A DNA stretch of 53,439 nucleotides from an uncultured Thermoplasmatales archaeon (GCA_964648565.1 CAZYLG010000004.1:1-53439); one strand, 5' to 3'. Shown: positions 9,854 through 19,893, counted from the first letter of the stretch. Numbers and translations are program-made. The notes: generated from the letters alone by a model not told the origin.

Positions 9854-10627
9854 TTAAAAAATATCCTTTTTTTCCAATGAAAACTGTTTTCCATCAGAAG
9901 CTGCAACCACACTAACTCCTGTCTTTTTTGATAATTTCTCTGCCATTTCCCATGGTTTGTTCCTAATCATAGTCATACCAAAATGAGTTAAAATACAGAG
10001 TTTGGGATTCATTTCCAAAATGATTTTTTCAGCATCAACAATCGATAAGTGATTAATCCACTCTTTTGGTTCTAACAGGACAACGTTTAAAACTAAAACA
10101 TCTGCAGTATACGATGAAGATAATTCTTCAAAATACTTTGTATCAGCAATATAAGATAAAGAAATTTCAGTGCCAAAAAATCTAGATCCATATGTTTCAA
10201 CACCATGAATATGCTGAACAGGTGTTTCAAAATGTAACGAGTTAAGAGAATACTTCTTATTTTCTTTCAAAACGATTATTGAATTGAGATGATTGCGAAA
10301 ATGATGTAACACCACAGGATCTGTATTTAATGCATCAGAAGGAGCAAATAATGATCCTTTATTCTTATGCCCACCATTGGTCATTGCTTCTATCATAATA
10401 TTCACATCGTTAGAATGATCGATATGACGATGTGATAGAAAGATCCCATCAAGATCAACCGGTTTTAATTTTGGTCGACTAGATAAACACCGAACTAAAG
10501 ATCCTGGACCTGGATCGATCAAAAGATCCGTATCATCTATAGATAACCACATTCCACCAGAGTTTCTAATCTGTCTGGTTACTGCAAACCGTGCTCCCGC
10601 AGTACCAAGAAATTTTAAGAAGTTCAT
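9854..10627 (-). CDS. MBL-fold metallo-hydrolase
   Basis: 'LSHRHIDHSND' (HxHxDH) and a later 'THFG' His, with a typical ~255-aa beta-lactamase-fold layout. Confidence 0.75.
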   Translation of the reverse strand: MNFLKFLGTAGARFAVTRQIRNSGGMWLSIDDTDLLIDPGPGSLVRCLSSRPKLKPVDLDGIFLSHRHIDHSNDVNIMIEAMTNGGHKNKGSLFAPSDALNTDPVVLHHFRNHLNSIIVLKENKKYSLNSLHFETPVQHIHGVETYGSRFFGTEISLSYIADTKYFEELSSSYTADVLVLNVVLLEPKEWINHLSIVDAEKIILEMNPKLCILTHFGMTMIRNKPWEMAEKLSKKTGVSVVAASDGKQFSLEKKDIF

Positions 10628-10793
10628 CGATTAACACCTCAATTTTATATTCTGATCAATACAGTATACAAAGAAGTATCATTATGTTTCAAATGAAAGA
10701 TACCTTCAAGAACTATGAACCTATTGATAATTTTTGTTGTGAAACCCATTTTTGCAGATGAAAAAAACATTTGATAAAATCAAAGAATAATGG

Positions 10794-11744
10794 TTGAGAG
10801 ATATGAATCTTTATGAATACACATATAATCTAGTTCGACAAATTCCAAAAGGATACGTTTCTAGCTATGGTGCAGTAGCAAGAGCATTAGGAGATATCAG
10901 AGCGTCACGAGCGGTTGGACAAATGATGAATCAAAATCCACATCCTGATAATATGCCCTGCTACAAAATCGTTTATAGTGATGGACGAGTCGGTGGTTTT
11001 GCATTAGGCCAAGAAGAAAAAATAAAACGATTACGACATGATAATATAACAATCAAAGATGAAAAAATAACAGATTTTGAATCCGTATTCTTCAATGATT
11101 TTAAAACTAATTATCCATTGAAAACCTGCCGGAGAGAACAATTAAATTTACGAAAAAAAGTTAATCTAACAAATCAATTGAACGAAGATGAGATTTCCAC
11201 TATAGCTGGATTTGATGTTGCTTACTCAACCAAAGAATATGACAGATCTTGTGTTGCCTGTGTGGTCATCGATTATAAGAGTAAAAACATTGTAGAAACA
11301 AAAACTCTGTTTCAACAAATAAAGTTTCCGTATATTCCAACGTATCTTACTTTTCGTGAAACACCTCTTATTAAACAAATCTACACTATGTTAAATAAAA
11401 AGCCATCAGTACTTATGTTTGATGGTAATGGTATTCTCCATCCGTATAAATTTGGTCTTGCAAGCCACGCGGGTGTTCTTCTAAATAAACCAAGTATTGG
11501 TATAGCAAAAAGTTTACTTTGTGGAAAAAAACAAGTAAATGATTATATTAAATATGAGGATGAAATCCTTGGAAAAGCACTTTACGCTCATGATAACGTG
11601 AAAAAACCAGTTTATGTGTCACCGGGAAATTTAGTTTCACTCTCAATATCTTATAAAATAGCATCAAATCTTAGTCGATATAAACATCCAAAACCCATAA
11701 GACAAGCCCATATCCTTGCAACAAAAACTATGAAAGCAAAGTAA
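10794..11744 (+). CDS. Fusion of an O6-alkylguanine-DNA alkyltransferase-like DNA-binding domain and endonuclease V
   Basis: N-terminal part: 'YGAVARALGDIRASRAVGQMMNQNP...MPCYKIV' is the AGT helix-turn-helix plus Asn hinge, with PCYK in place of PCHR. C-terminal part: 'AGFDVAY', 'FRETP', 'FDGNGILHPYKFGLASHAG', 'GIAKS' and 'VYVSPGN' are EndoV motifs. The ATG at 10803 is an alternative start. Confidence 0.8.
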   Translation: MRDMNLYEYTYNLVRQIPKGYVSSYGAVARALGDIRASRAVGQMMNQNPHPDNMPCYKIVYSDGRVGGFALGQEEKIKRLRHDNITIKDEKITDFESVFFNDFKTNYPLKTCRREQLNLRKKVNLTNQLNEDEISTIAGFDVAYSTKEYDRSCVACVVIDYKSKNIVETKTLFQQIKFPYIPTYLTFRETPLIKQIYTMLNKKPSVLMFDGNGILHPYKFGLASHAGVLLNKPSIGIAKSLLCGKKQVNDYIKYEDEILGKALYAHDNVKKPVYVSPGNLVSLSISYKIASNLSRYKHPKPIRQAHILATKTMKAK

Positions 11745-12603
11745 AATCCTTACTTGATACTACAGGAATATCAAGTTGATCACACCATTTTTTCAATTCA
11801 GACCTTATAGATTTTTTCAATGATTTTCGATCTAAATATACTCCATTTACATTTGGAGATGCTTGAATTGCCTTCTTAAGCATATCTTTATCGATATGAC
11901 CGGGTTTTATATGATAGGTTGGGATCATATGTCCAAAAGCAACATTTCTTTTAAACGCAACGGTAGTAAACCTTGGTGCGTAATGCCCACCACCAATACC
12001 AATTAACACTGGCATTTCATCGGTATATTCGGATTCATATGATTTATCATGTAAAACGGTAAGTAACGAATCAGCAACAATACGAGCAGGTTTTTCTTTT
12101 TTCCATTCTTCCAACGTACTTCCAACTTCAGCAAATAATGTTGGCGTTGATAAAAAAGGACCATGATGGGTAACTTCATAGGTAACTTCATGAATTAACT
12201 TATTTTCTTCTGCTTTATCTTTCATCGTGCGAAGTAACGTGGTCATTAATCGCGGCATTGAGGGAGTAAGTGTTTTTGTTTTCCCACCAAATTTTGCTTC
12301 ACCAAAATTTCCAATAGGATGCGTGCTTAACGTTGGTTCCCCTGATTTACTACGATGCCGAGAGATAAAGATGATCTGGGAAGGTTTAATCTGTAATTGA
12401 TCATGTAATTCCTGTTCTAATCCTTCATGAATAATGGTTTTATCCTTGATAGTTACTAAATAAAGATCTGAAAGAGATGAATGCCGATAAGTGGTTTTGT
12501 CAAAAAATGTTTTACCCTTCTCCCAATCATTTAGTTCTAACAACGCTTTTTTAATATTAGTACTAGCTTCATCTTGTGTTGAGGATACAATTACAATACT
12601 CAT
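11728..12603 (-). CDS. dtdA: D-aminoacyl-tRNA deacylase, archaeal DTD2 type
   Basis: 'SRHRSKSGEPTLSTHPIGNFGEAKFGG', 'EVTHHGP', 'IGIGGGHYAP' and 'AFGHM' are collinear with the archaeal DTD2 family. The 3' end overlaps the convergent EndoV gene by 17 nt. Confidence 0.85.
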   Translation of the reverse strand: MSIVIVSSTQDEASTNIKKALLELNDWEKGKTFFDKTTYRHSSLSDLYLVTIKDKTIIHEGLEQELHDQLQIKPSQIIFISRHRSKSGEPTLSTHPIGNFGEAKFGGKTKTLTPSMPRLMTTLLRTMKDKAEENKLIHEVTYEVTHHGPFLSTPTLFAEVGSTLEEWKKEKPARIVADSLLTVLHDKSYESEYTDEMPVLIGIGGGHYAPRFTTVAFKRNVAFGHMIPTYHIKPGHIDKDMLKKAIQASPNVNGVYLDRKSLKKSIRSELKKWCDQLDIPVVSSKDFTLLS

Positions 12604-12653
12604 GATTCATGCGGCCTTTTTTGTTTCTCTTTGGAAACTTGAATAATCCTATT

Positions 12654-12815
12654 TTAATCCTTGGTTGGCTCACATGTTTGTTCTTGTTCCAATAATTTTT
12701 TTAATTGCTCCCGTCGAACTAAAAAGTGAATCCGGTCTTTAAGAATGCATACTTTAGAGATGAACTCGATTTCTTTTGCTTCTGTATTATTAGATAGTAA
12801 CCCAGCGACTCTCAT
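12654..12815 (-). CDS. Possible small protein (53 aa), unverified
   Basis: The ATG..TAA ORF 'MRVAGLLSNNTEAKEIEFISKVCILKDRIHFLVRREQLKKLLEQEQTCEPTKD' falls below the track cutoff. It sits in an otherwise empty 412-nt gap, with AT-rich TATA-like sequence just upstream. I recognised no homology. Confidence 0.2.
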   Translation of the reverse strand: MRVAGLLSNNTEAKEIEFISKVCILKDRIHFLVRREQLKKLLEQEQTCEPTKD

Positions 12816-13015
12816 TTTATTCAAATAAAAATATATTTATATTTATAAAGGATTTGTTGTACACCTCTCTCCCGCATACATATGTTTTCAACACGATATT
12901 AGTTATACTTTCCTCCTGTAGAATGAAAAAAATAGTTTATTAATAGTACCGTTATTTTTCTGAAGAATAAAACTCATCAAGCAAAAGCGCATTACCTATA
13001 CCTCGTGAAAACAAG

Positions 13016-13387
13016 ATGAAACAGCTTGCTGCAGGAAAACTGATTGTCAAAAAATCTAAGTTTTACGCTCATCTTTACCAGATTTCATCGACTCAAGATA
13101 TAAAAAAGATTATTGAAGATCATCATACTAAATATTCAAATGCTAATCATCATTGCTACGCGATTTACTACTGTGATGAACCGGGGTGCTGTCGTAAAGA
13201 ATTTCAGCATGATGGAGAAGTCGGACATCCCGGAAAAGTTCTCCTGCAATTATTAGATCAACATAATCTTTCCTCTCATGCATTAGTTGTATCAAGAGTA
13301 TTTGGTGGAATAAAACTTGGTGTAGGTGGTGTTTCTCGAGCCTTTAGAAAAGCTGGAAAAGGAGCTATCACTCTTTATAAAAAATAA
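13016..13387 (+). CDS. IMPACT/YigZ-family (UPF0029) N-terminal domain protein
   Basis: 'KKSKFYAHL...ANHHCYA...DGEVGHPGKVLLQLL...LVVSRVFGGIKLGVGGVSRAF' matches the conserved YigZ/IMPACT core. The protein is short and lacks the C-terminal DUF1949 part. Confidence 0.7.
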   Translation: MKQLAAGKLIVKKSKFYAHLYQISSTQDIKKIIEDHHTKYSNANHHCYAIYYCDEPGCCRKEFQHDGEVGHPGKVLLQLLDQHNLSSHALVVSRVFGGIKLGVGGVSRAFRKAGKGAITLYKK

Positions 13388-13400
13388 TCGCAATTTTTCC

Positions 13401-13592
13401 TTATTTGTTCCGATTTGCAATAGCCACAACTAAGCCAAGTAAAATCGGAAATATCGCAATATAATACATTACATCTAATGATTTGATGAATGATACAAAA
13501 TCAACACCATATAGCTGCACAAGTACAATTGCTACTAAGCTAAGCGGGATGCATAACCCAATTGCTAACGGAACTGCTTCACGATTGACCAT
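13401..13592 (-). CDS. Possible small two-TM membrane protein
   Basis: 63-aa ORF with two clear hydrophobic helices. No homology recognised. A +-strand ORF competes for the same DNA. Confidence 0.3.
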   Translation of the reverse strand: MVNREAVPLAIGLCIPLSLVAIVLVQLYGVDFVSFIKSLDVMYYIAIFPILLGLVVAIANRNK

Positions 13593-13723
13593 TCACTGTA
13601 TTCCTTCCATCTTCTCCATAATACAATGGCATAAATCAACTGAATCAACCAGCTATCTATTATCACGCCATATTGCATTATTATCCTAATGTTTACTATT
13701 TTTATTCACTATGACATATTTGA

Positions 13724-14035
13724 TTAAATGTAATCAGCAATTCTTTTTTTCTTCCGTTTAATCGGAGAATATTCCTGAGTGCCATTATATACTTCATCAG
13801 CATCACAAAGTGTGAAATCATCAACTATCTGATCTGGACTATAATCACCATCAATGGTATCCCAATAAATTTCCATAGCCTCTGTGTCCATAGCCATGAT
13901 AATACCTTCATACTCTTCTAAATCGCCTGTTTCCTTTTTGTATTCGCGAACCACTCGTTGTCCAGGTTTAAACTTATCATAAAGTGAAGGATATCTTTTT
14001 TCGTTCATATATTCCTTTTTTTTACTCATTATCAA
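13724..14035 (-). CDS. Hypothetical small acidic protein
   Basis: 103-aa ORF with a basic N- and C-terminus and an acidic core ('DTEAMEIYWDTIDGDYSPDQIVDD'). It lies downstream of the RPA pair on the same strand, separated by 175 nt. Confidence 0.45.
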   Translation of the reverse strand: MIMSKKKEYMNEKRYPSLYDKFKPGQRVVREYKKETGDLEEYEGIIMAMDTEAMEIYWDTIDGDYSPDQIVDDFTLCDADEVYNGTQEYSPIKRKKKRIADYI

Positions 14036-14210
14036 TTCACCAACACTGTGTTAATCAGCATAAATTCTCTCAACACGGTTATTTAAATACTAGCTGGAAG
14101 AATATCAAAAAAACAAAAATGTCAAAACAGAAAAAAGATAATGTTGAAAAAAATAGTTCAACCAACTAAACATGAAATCTTATCAATGATCAGACAAAAA
14201 AAATTATAAG

Positions 14211-15116
14211 TTATGTTGTTTTAATCGTCCCTAAAACAGGTTCATAGATCAGTCCTTTATCCATCAATGAATTCAATGTTTCATCAACCCGTGCATCATC
14301 CAATCCCTCTTTTTCACATCGTTTTGTGATTTCATCCCATGAAATACCATCTTCGCCTTCTTGGGATTTGATGACGTTTAGGACAATCTCTTCTGCTTCT
14401 TCATCTTGTTCATCAACAGCGGTGGGCATCTTAGGCTCTTTGTCTGAACTGGATTCAGATGATGGACCTTCTAACTTAGTTGTCGTTGCTTCTGCTTGCT
14501 CCCCCATACTTACATAATCAACTGCATCCTGAAGCATTTGCACATATTTTTCCACAAGCAAACGGTCATACCGATCAGATGCAATGGAAACCCCTTCAGC
14601 AATTGGTTTATAAAAACCAACATCTAATAATGCATCCATAGTAACCGTATCCATAGATGATGCTTCTTTAACTGCTTCAATACGATCCTTTGTATGAATG
14701 ATTGTTTCCAAGATCCATTGATCACGTAATGATGCATTTACCTCCACGATTTCCTCAGGGCGAACAGAGGCATACATTGCATCTCCATCCTCCGGTTGAT
14801 AGGATCTAGATTTTCCAGTTACTGCTACAAAAGATGGAACATCAAATGATTGTAATTTTTCAGTCATCTCTGGTTGGAATTGTCCAGAAAACAAAGTAAA
14901 AACACCAGTTGGATCTGAGACATGAGCCCGAACAAAACTCCCATCCTCTGACATCACTTCAACATCCGTGAGCACACCTACAAAAAACAACCGATTCACT
15001 TTACCTCCAAGAGGAGTTAGGACATAAGAAGGAGCCATTTTTTCTTCTCCTTTCATAGCAATCATCGAATCATTATATTCCATGGCAAACACTCGCCAGG
15101 CATGTTCACGTTTCAT
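14211..15116 (-). CDS. RPA-associated OB-fold protein (COG3390 / RPA32-like) with C-terminal winged-helix-like domain
   Basis: N-terminus 'REHAWRVFAMEYNDS...APSYVLTPLGGKVNRLFFVGVLTDVE' matches the euryarchaeal Rpap/COG3390 pattern. The start overlaps the upstream RPA gene by 4 nt. An acidic linker and a C-terminal small helical domain follow. Confidence 0.65.
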   Translation of the reverse strand: MKREHAWRVFAMEYNDSMIAMKGEEKMAPSYVLTPLGGKVNRLFFVGVLTDVEVMSEDGSFVRAHVSDPTGVFTLFSGQFQPEMTEKLQSFDVPSFVAVTGKSRSYQPEDGDAMYASVRPEEIVEVNASLRDQWILETIIHTKDRIEAVKEASSMDTVTMDALLDVGFYKPIAEGVSIASDRYDRLLVEKYVQMLQDAVDYVSMGEQAEATTTKLEGPSSESSSDKEPKMPTAVDEQDEEAEEIVLNVIKSQEGEDGISWDEITKRCEKEGLDDARVDETLNSLMDKGLIYEPVLGTIKTT

Positions 15117-16429
15117 GCTAACTCCTCCAATAAACTTCGAACTTGATCAACTTTTTCTTCCACATCCTCATCTACCACTTCAATAGTATCAGCTAAAAAT
15201 GTAGATCCATAAAAATCTTGTAATGAATTTCCTTTCATACTAACGATCCGAGCAAAGAGTGATTCGTTCAATAGTGAATGTAATTCTTCTGGGCTCATCT
15301 GTTTGCACTCATCCATTGTTTTTCCAATAACGTTCTCTGTTTGCTCTCTGTTTAAAACCGTTTTAACTGAACCTGTACCATCATCCACTACGCATTTAAT
15401 ACGCAAATCAGGGATACCATCTACTTTTCCATGAACTCTGCATCCATCTTCACGGAGTACCTGATTACACTCAGGGCAACGAAGAACAATTCCTGAACCC
15501 TGTTGAATTTCAATAACTCTTCCAGAAATATTAACATCATACATCCCCGGATTGTCATCAAGTTCGAACAAACGCAGCGATCTAGTAGGAATGTCTGATT
15601 CTTTGATTTGTTTTTTTTGTTTTTTTACATCCGCATTCTCATCAAGATTTATCTGAGGCATACCTCGAAATGATTTAACATATCCACCTTTGATATGCAC
15701 GGTTAAATCTTTAGAAATTTTAAAATCCTTCCAAGCAGTAAACGGAATCTTACCTGTTGAATCACCAAGAACGCCAGTAAACATCTTTTTTTTCTCTTCG
15801 TCAACGGTAATCTCTTTTTCTTCAACTGATAACACTTTTGCAGTTAGTTCAACGGTTCCAACAAGAGGATTAATCTCATTAATTGTTACTTTCTTTGGTT
15901 CAAATGTTTCCTTGGGCAACGCATCTTTTTCTTTTTTTTCGATTATCACTTGATTTCCAAAATTAAGTTGAACGTTTCCTCTCCATTCTCGCGTATATGC
16001 ATTAGCAATTTCGACGATATCTCCTTCATTCATTGCTGGTTTATCCCATGCAGTAAACGGTAACGTACCACTTTCATCACGAAGTAATCCTGTAAAAATA
16101 GTTCGTGGTTGACCTTTCACCATGATATCTTTTGGATTAATAGATACTACTTGAGTGATCAGTTTTACATTTCTTTTATTGGGTTGTAAATCAGCTAAAA
16201 GCGTTCGTTCAACTGAATCTGGTGGAACAGATGTGTTCACTCCAAATTTTTTCAACAATGTCTGCTTTGCTTGTTTAACTGGAACTCCATATTCCAAAAA
16301 TTTTTCTAATTCCTCAGCTACTTCCTGAGCTGAAGTCGCTTTCTTTTTTTGATCATCTAATCTAGAGAGAATGTCTTGTGCGTGCTGATTCAGATTTTCA
16401 TTGGTCAAAAGATATACCCCCACAGCCAA
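15113..16429 (-). CDS. rpa: Replication protein A large subunit (multiple OB folds plus zinc ribbon)
   Basis: The N-terminus 'AQDILSRLDD...EVAEELEKFLEYGVPVKQAKQTLLKKFG' resembles haloarchaeal/methanogen RPA1. Repeated OB-fold signatures are present ('GTLPFTAWDK', 'GKIPFTAWKD'), along with the zinc ribbon 'CPECNQVLREDGCRVHG'. No ATG lies near the 5' end, so the start is TTG 16429 or GTG 16423. Confidence 0.75.
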   Translation of the reverse strand: MAVGVYLLTNENLNQHAQDILSRLDDQKKKATSAQEVAEELEKFLEYGVPVKQAKQTLLKKFGVNTSVPPDSVERTLLADLQPNKRNVKLITQVVSINPKDIMVKGQPRTIFTGLLRDESGTLPFTAWDKPAMNEGDIVEIANAYTREWRGNVQLNFGNQVIIEKKEKDALPKETFEPKKVTINEINPLVGTVELTAKVLSVEEKEITVDEEKKKMFTGVLGDSTGKIPFTAWKDFKISKDLTVHIKGGYVKSFRGMPQINLDENADVKKQKKQIKESDIPTRSLRLFELDDNPGMYDVNISGRVIEIQQGSGIVLRCPECNQVLREDGCRVHGKVDGIPDLRIKCVVDDGTGSVKTVLNREQTENVIGKTMDECKQMSPEELHSLLNESLFARIVSMKGNSLQDFYGSTFLADTIEVVDEDVEEKVDQVRSLLEELA

Positions 16430-16499
16430 CTACAATGTTGAATGCATTTTGGGTTATATGAATGTATGCGTCATTGTCAACATCTCTGCAAGTTTCAAA

Positions 16500-18158
16500 T
16501 TAATATAAACCATGGATTTTTCCATAATCGTCAAGATTAATGAAATCTGACATTGGTGTTTCTGGAAGACCGGGCATAGTAGTTATTTTTCCAGTCATCG
16601 GCACTAAAAAGCCTGCTCCAGCAGAAAACCGAATATTTCGAACTGTTATCTTAAAACCTTTGGGTCTTCCTAAGAGACTTGAATCATCTGAAAGGCTATA
16701 TTGAGTCTTTGCAACACAAATCGGAAGATTTCCTAATCCATGACGCTTGCATAGTTTAAGGTCTTGTTCTGCTTCAACACTATACACCACTCGATCAGCA
16801 CCATAGATTTTTTTGGCAATGATTTCAATTTTTTCTTTCACTGACAAATCAAGATCATACAATGGTTTGAATTTAGATGGTTTTTGTTGCATGAGTGAAA
16901 CAAGTTTTCCTGCAAGTTCAATTCCTCCTTCGCCTCCTTCACTCCAAACATCCACCACAGCAAAGGAAACATTTTTTTGTTTACAAAATGATTCAACGAT
17001 TTCAATTTCTTCAGGGCTATCATCAATGAAATGATTCAACCCAATGATAACCGGAACACCAAATAATTGAATGTTTTCTAAATGTTTTTCAAGATTCTTC
17101 AATCCTCTTTTTACAGCTTGATCATCAGATCCCTCTCCGTTACGTTTTAATGCTCTGATACTTGCAAGAAGCACGACTCCATCCGGATGAAGATTCCCTG
17201 TTCGACATACAATGTCAAAGAATTTTTCAGCACCAAGTTCTGATCCAAAACCAGCTTCAGTCACAAAATAATCAGCAAGTTTCAATCCCATTTTTGTTGA
17301 AATCAAGCTATTTGTTCCATGAGCAATATTAGCAAATGGGCCACCGTGAACAAAAGCAGGAACGCTTTCAAGGGTTTGTACAAGATTTGGTTTCATCGCA
17401 TCTTTCAACAATGCACTCATTGCACCAACTGCTTTCAAGTCTTTAGCATAAATCGGTTTATCGTCATACGTATAGGCAACGATGATGCGAGAAAGACGTT
17501 GTTTTAAATCTTGGAGGTCTTGAGATAAACACAAAATTGCCATAATCTCTGAGGCTGGAGTAATCGCAAACGAATTCTCATGAGGGACTCCGTGTTTAGG
17601 ACCACCCAAGCCCACAACCACATTACGAAGTGCACGATCACTGATATCCAATACTCGAGGCCACACAATATAGCGTTGATCAATATGAAACGCATCACCA
17701 TGATGCAAATGATTATCAAGTAAACTAGCAAGCAGATTATGAGCACTAGTGATGGCATGCATATCGCCAGTAAAATGCAAATTAATATCTTCCATGGGAG
17801 CAACTTGAGCATACCCGCCACCAGTAGCACCACCTTTCATTCCCATAATTGGTCCAAGAGAGGGTTCTCTAATACCAAGCATAGTATTTTTTCCCAGTTT
17901 TGCTAATGCTTGAGCAAGACCAATTGTTACCGTTGTTTTTCCTTCACCTTCTGGAGTGGGATTCATAGTGGTAACAAGAATAAGTTTTCCATCAGGATTA
18001 GTGTGCAATCGATTCATTGCATCTAAGGATACTTTTCCTTTAAAATCTCCTCTGGGAGTGATTTCTTCTTTTTTCAATCCTGCTTTTTCAGCAATAGTAA
18101 AGATATCTTGCAATTGAGTTTGCCTGGCAATTTCAATATCCGATTTCATATTGGTCAA
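16500..18158 (-). CDS. fhs: Formate--tetrahydrofolate ligase
   Basis: Full-length collinear match to FTHFS: 'MKSDIEIARQ', P-loop 'PTPEGEGKTTVTIGL' and 'GGPFANIAHG'. Confidence 0.95.
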   Translation of the reverse strand: MTNMKSDIEIARQTQLQDIFTIAEKAGLKKEEITPRGDFKGKVSLDAMNRLHTNPDGKLILVTTMNPTPEGEGKTTVTIGLAQALAKLGKNTMLGIREPSLGPIMGMKGGATGGGYAQVAPMEDINLHFTGDMHAITSAHNLLASLLDNHLHHGDAFHIDQRYIVWPRVLDISDRALRNVVVGLGGPKHGVPHENSFAITPASEIMAILCLSQDLQDLKQRLSRIIVAYTYDDKPIYAKDLKAVGAMSALLKDAMKPNLVQTLESVPAFVHGGPFANIAHGTNSLISTKMGLKLADYFVTEAGFGSELGAEKFFDIVCRTGNLHPDGVVLLASIRALKRNGEGSDDQAVKRGLKNLEKHLENIQLFGVPVIIGLNHFIDDSPEEIEIVESFCKQKNVSFAVVDVWSEGGEGGIELAGKLVSLMQQKPSKFKPLYDLDLSVKEKIEIIAKKIYGADRVVYSVEAEQDLKLCKRHGLGNLPICVAKTQYSLSDDSSLLGRPKGFKITVRNIRFSAGAGFLVPMTGKITTMPGLPETPMSDFINLDDYGKIHGLY

Positions 18159-18203
18159 CTAACTGGAGAACATAAATGGTTTAAAGTCTTTCTCCTGTAT
18201 TCA

Positions 18204-19874
18204 TTATATATGCTCTTTAACGATATCTTCAACCATAGCTTTTTCTTTTTCAGATTCGCTGCGAAGGGTTTGCAACTCATCACTCATCTTGTTAACAAAA
18301 TCTTTATCCTTAATCGATCCCAGATTAATTTCAACATTCAATGCTGCAGCATACACTGCTGAGTAACCAAGTAATGCAGCAACTCCTGCATCAGTAATCG
18401 AATTTTTGTTTCCCTTCCTAGCGACATTAATTGAAAGATGCAATACTTCTTTAGCCGTTTGAGCAGTTTCCAAAGGAATTTCTGCTGCTTTTTTATATCC
18501 TTTCTGGATTGCTTGAGATCGTTTCTTCTTTTGTTCTTCAGTTTCCTTTGGCATTTTAAATGCAGCCATCACATCATTGAATGCATTTGTATCTTCGTCA
18601 ATAAGTTCAATTAATCGTTTATGTAATTTTTTTATGTGATGACTTAACTCGGAAATGTCATCTTGCACATCTTCGTATTTTTTCTTACCAATTGTCAGTT
18701 GACATACCATCGAATCAAGAGATGCAGCAAGCGCGCCAGAAAGCGCAGCAACGCTTCCCCCACCTGGTGCAGGTGAAGAAGACGCTAATTCAGATAAAAA
18801 CTGGGAAATCGTTGATGATGCAAGCGGTCCTTGTTCCTCAATCATATATTCGATGACTTTTTCATCTGGTTTAAATTCATACAAATCCGAAAGACCAAGC
18901 TGTTGAATAGCAAGTGAAACCAGATCATCTTCGTCAGTTATGTTTTTGTTAAGTTGTTTTGCATAAAACCGTCCAGCAATCACTAATGATTCTTTTGGAA
19001 CTAATCCAACAATTTCACTCCCAGTAACTTTGATGTCATATCTTTTTGCTTCTTCTTTTACGGTTTCATATACATCATGCATGTTTACTTCTTTGTAGTT
19101 CAACAGATTCATTGAAACCTGAGCTGTGTTTTCATCATACATCATACCACCAGCTTGTACTCCTTTGAATTTACCCGGGATACGTTCGGCTTTTCCATCC
19201 TGACCTATGATTTTATTACCTTCTTCGTCTTTTTTCACCCGTCCACTGGTTCGAATGACACCTGCGATTTTTGATGCAATGCTTTTATCAGTTGTATTTA
19301 AATTGATGTTATATGCGATTAGGATGTCCCTGCAGCCTGTAGCAGTTGCGCCACTTTTTGGGACAAATTTAGCTTTTCCAAAATCAGGTTTAAAAGAGGG
19401 ATCTTTGAATTTCTCTTCAAGTGCTTCATATTCTCCTTTTCGAATACTTGGTAGTTTCACTCGTTCAGGTTTAGATGCTGATTTCGCATAAAGAAATACA
19501 GGAATGTTAAGTTCTTCAGCCATTCTTTTACCGAATTTTTTAGAGAGTTTGATACAATCATCATAGGTTACTCCTTTTATTGGAATAAATGGCATGACAT
19601 CAAGAGCACCCATGCGAGCATGTTCGCCCTTATGATGGCGCATGTCAATGAGAGCAGTACCAACTTTTGCTGCTTGAAATGCTGCTTTTAAGATATTTTC
19701 AGGGGATCCAACAAAAGTGTACACTGTTCGATTAAAATCCTCTCCAGGATCTACATTAAGGACTTTTACTCCTTTAACTGATTGAGCAGCTGCAGTAATC
19801 GCATTAATAACTGCGTTATCTTTACCTTCACTAAAATTTGGGACACATTCAACGATTTGATCCAAATAAATCAC
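18204..19874 (-). CDS. ftcD: Bifunctional glutamate formimidoyltransferase / formimidoyl-THF cyclodeaminase
   Basis: N-terminal 'VECVPNFSEGKD' marks the transferase domain. C-terminal 'SSSPAPGGGSVAALSGALAASL' marks the cyclodeaminase domain. The start is GTG 19874 or TTG 19865. Confidence 0.9.
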   Translation of the reverse strand: MIYLDQIVECVPNFSEGKDNAVINAITAAAQSVKGVKVLNVDPGEDFNRTVYTFVGSPENILKAAFQAAKVGTALIDMRHHKGEHARMGALDVMPFIPIKGVTYDDCIKLSKKFGKRMAEELNIPVFLYAKSASKPERVKLPSIRKGEYEALEEKFKDPSFKPDFGKAKFVPKSGATATGCRDILIAYNINLNTTDKSIASKIAGVIRTSGRVKKDEEGNKIIGQDGKAERIPGKFKGVQAGGMMYDENTAQVSMNLLNYKEVNMHDVYETVKEEAKRYDIKVTGSEIVGLVPKESLVIAGRFYAKQLNKNITDEDDLVSLAIQQLGLSDLYEFKPDEKVIEYMIEEQGPLASSTISQFLSELASSSPAPGGGSVAALSGALAASLDSMVCQLTIGKKKYEDVQDDISELSHHIKKLHKRLIELIDEDTNAFNDVMAAFKMPKETEEQKKKRSQAIQKGYKKAAEIPLETAQTAKEVLHLSINVARKGNKNSITDAGVAALLGYSAVYAAALNVEINLGSIKDKDFVNKMSDELQTLRSESEKEKAMVEDIVKEHI

Positions 19875-19881
19875 CGTAAAC

Positions 19882-19893
19882 CCTTAATTAAGG
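19882..19893. promoter_or_regulatory. Perfect 12-bp palindrome CCTTAATTAAGG in the 40-nt divergent ftcD/hutI spacer
   Basis: Read directly from the sequence. It contains the symmetric TATA-like TTAATTAA and presents AAGG in both directions. Confidence 0.35.

Noticed and set aside
10770-10784. Inverted repeat TTTGAT-AAA-ATCAAA 10 nt upstream of the AGT-EndoV gene.
   Set aside because: A 6-bp A/T arm is expected by chance in DNA this AT-rich. It is kept only as a note.
13483-14169. +-strand ORFs 13483-13689 and 13984-14169.
   Set aside because: They overlap better-supported minus-strand ORFs or their starts. They have odd composition (His/Ser/Thr-rich) and no RBS.
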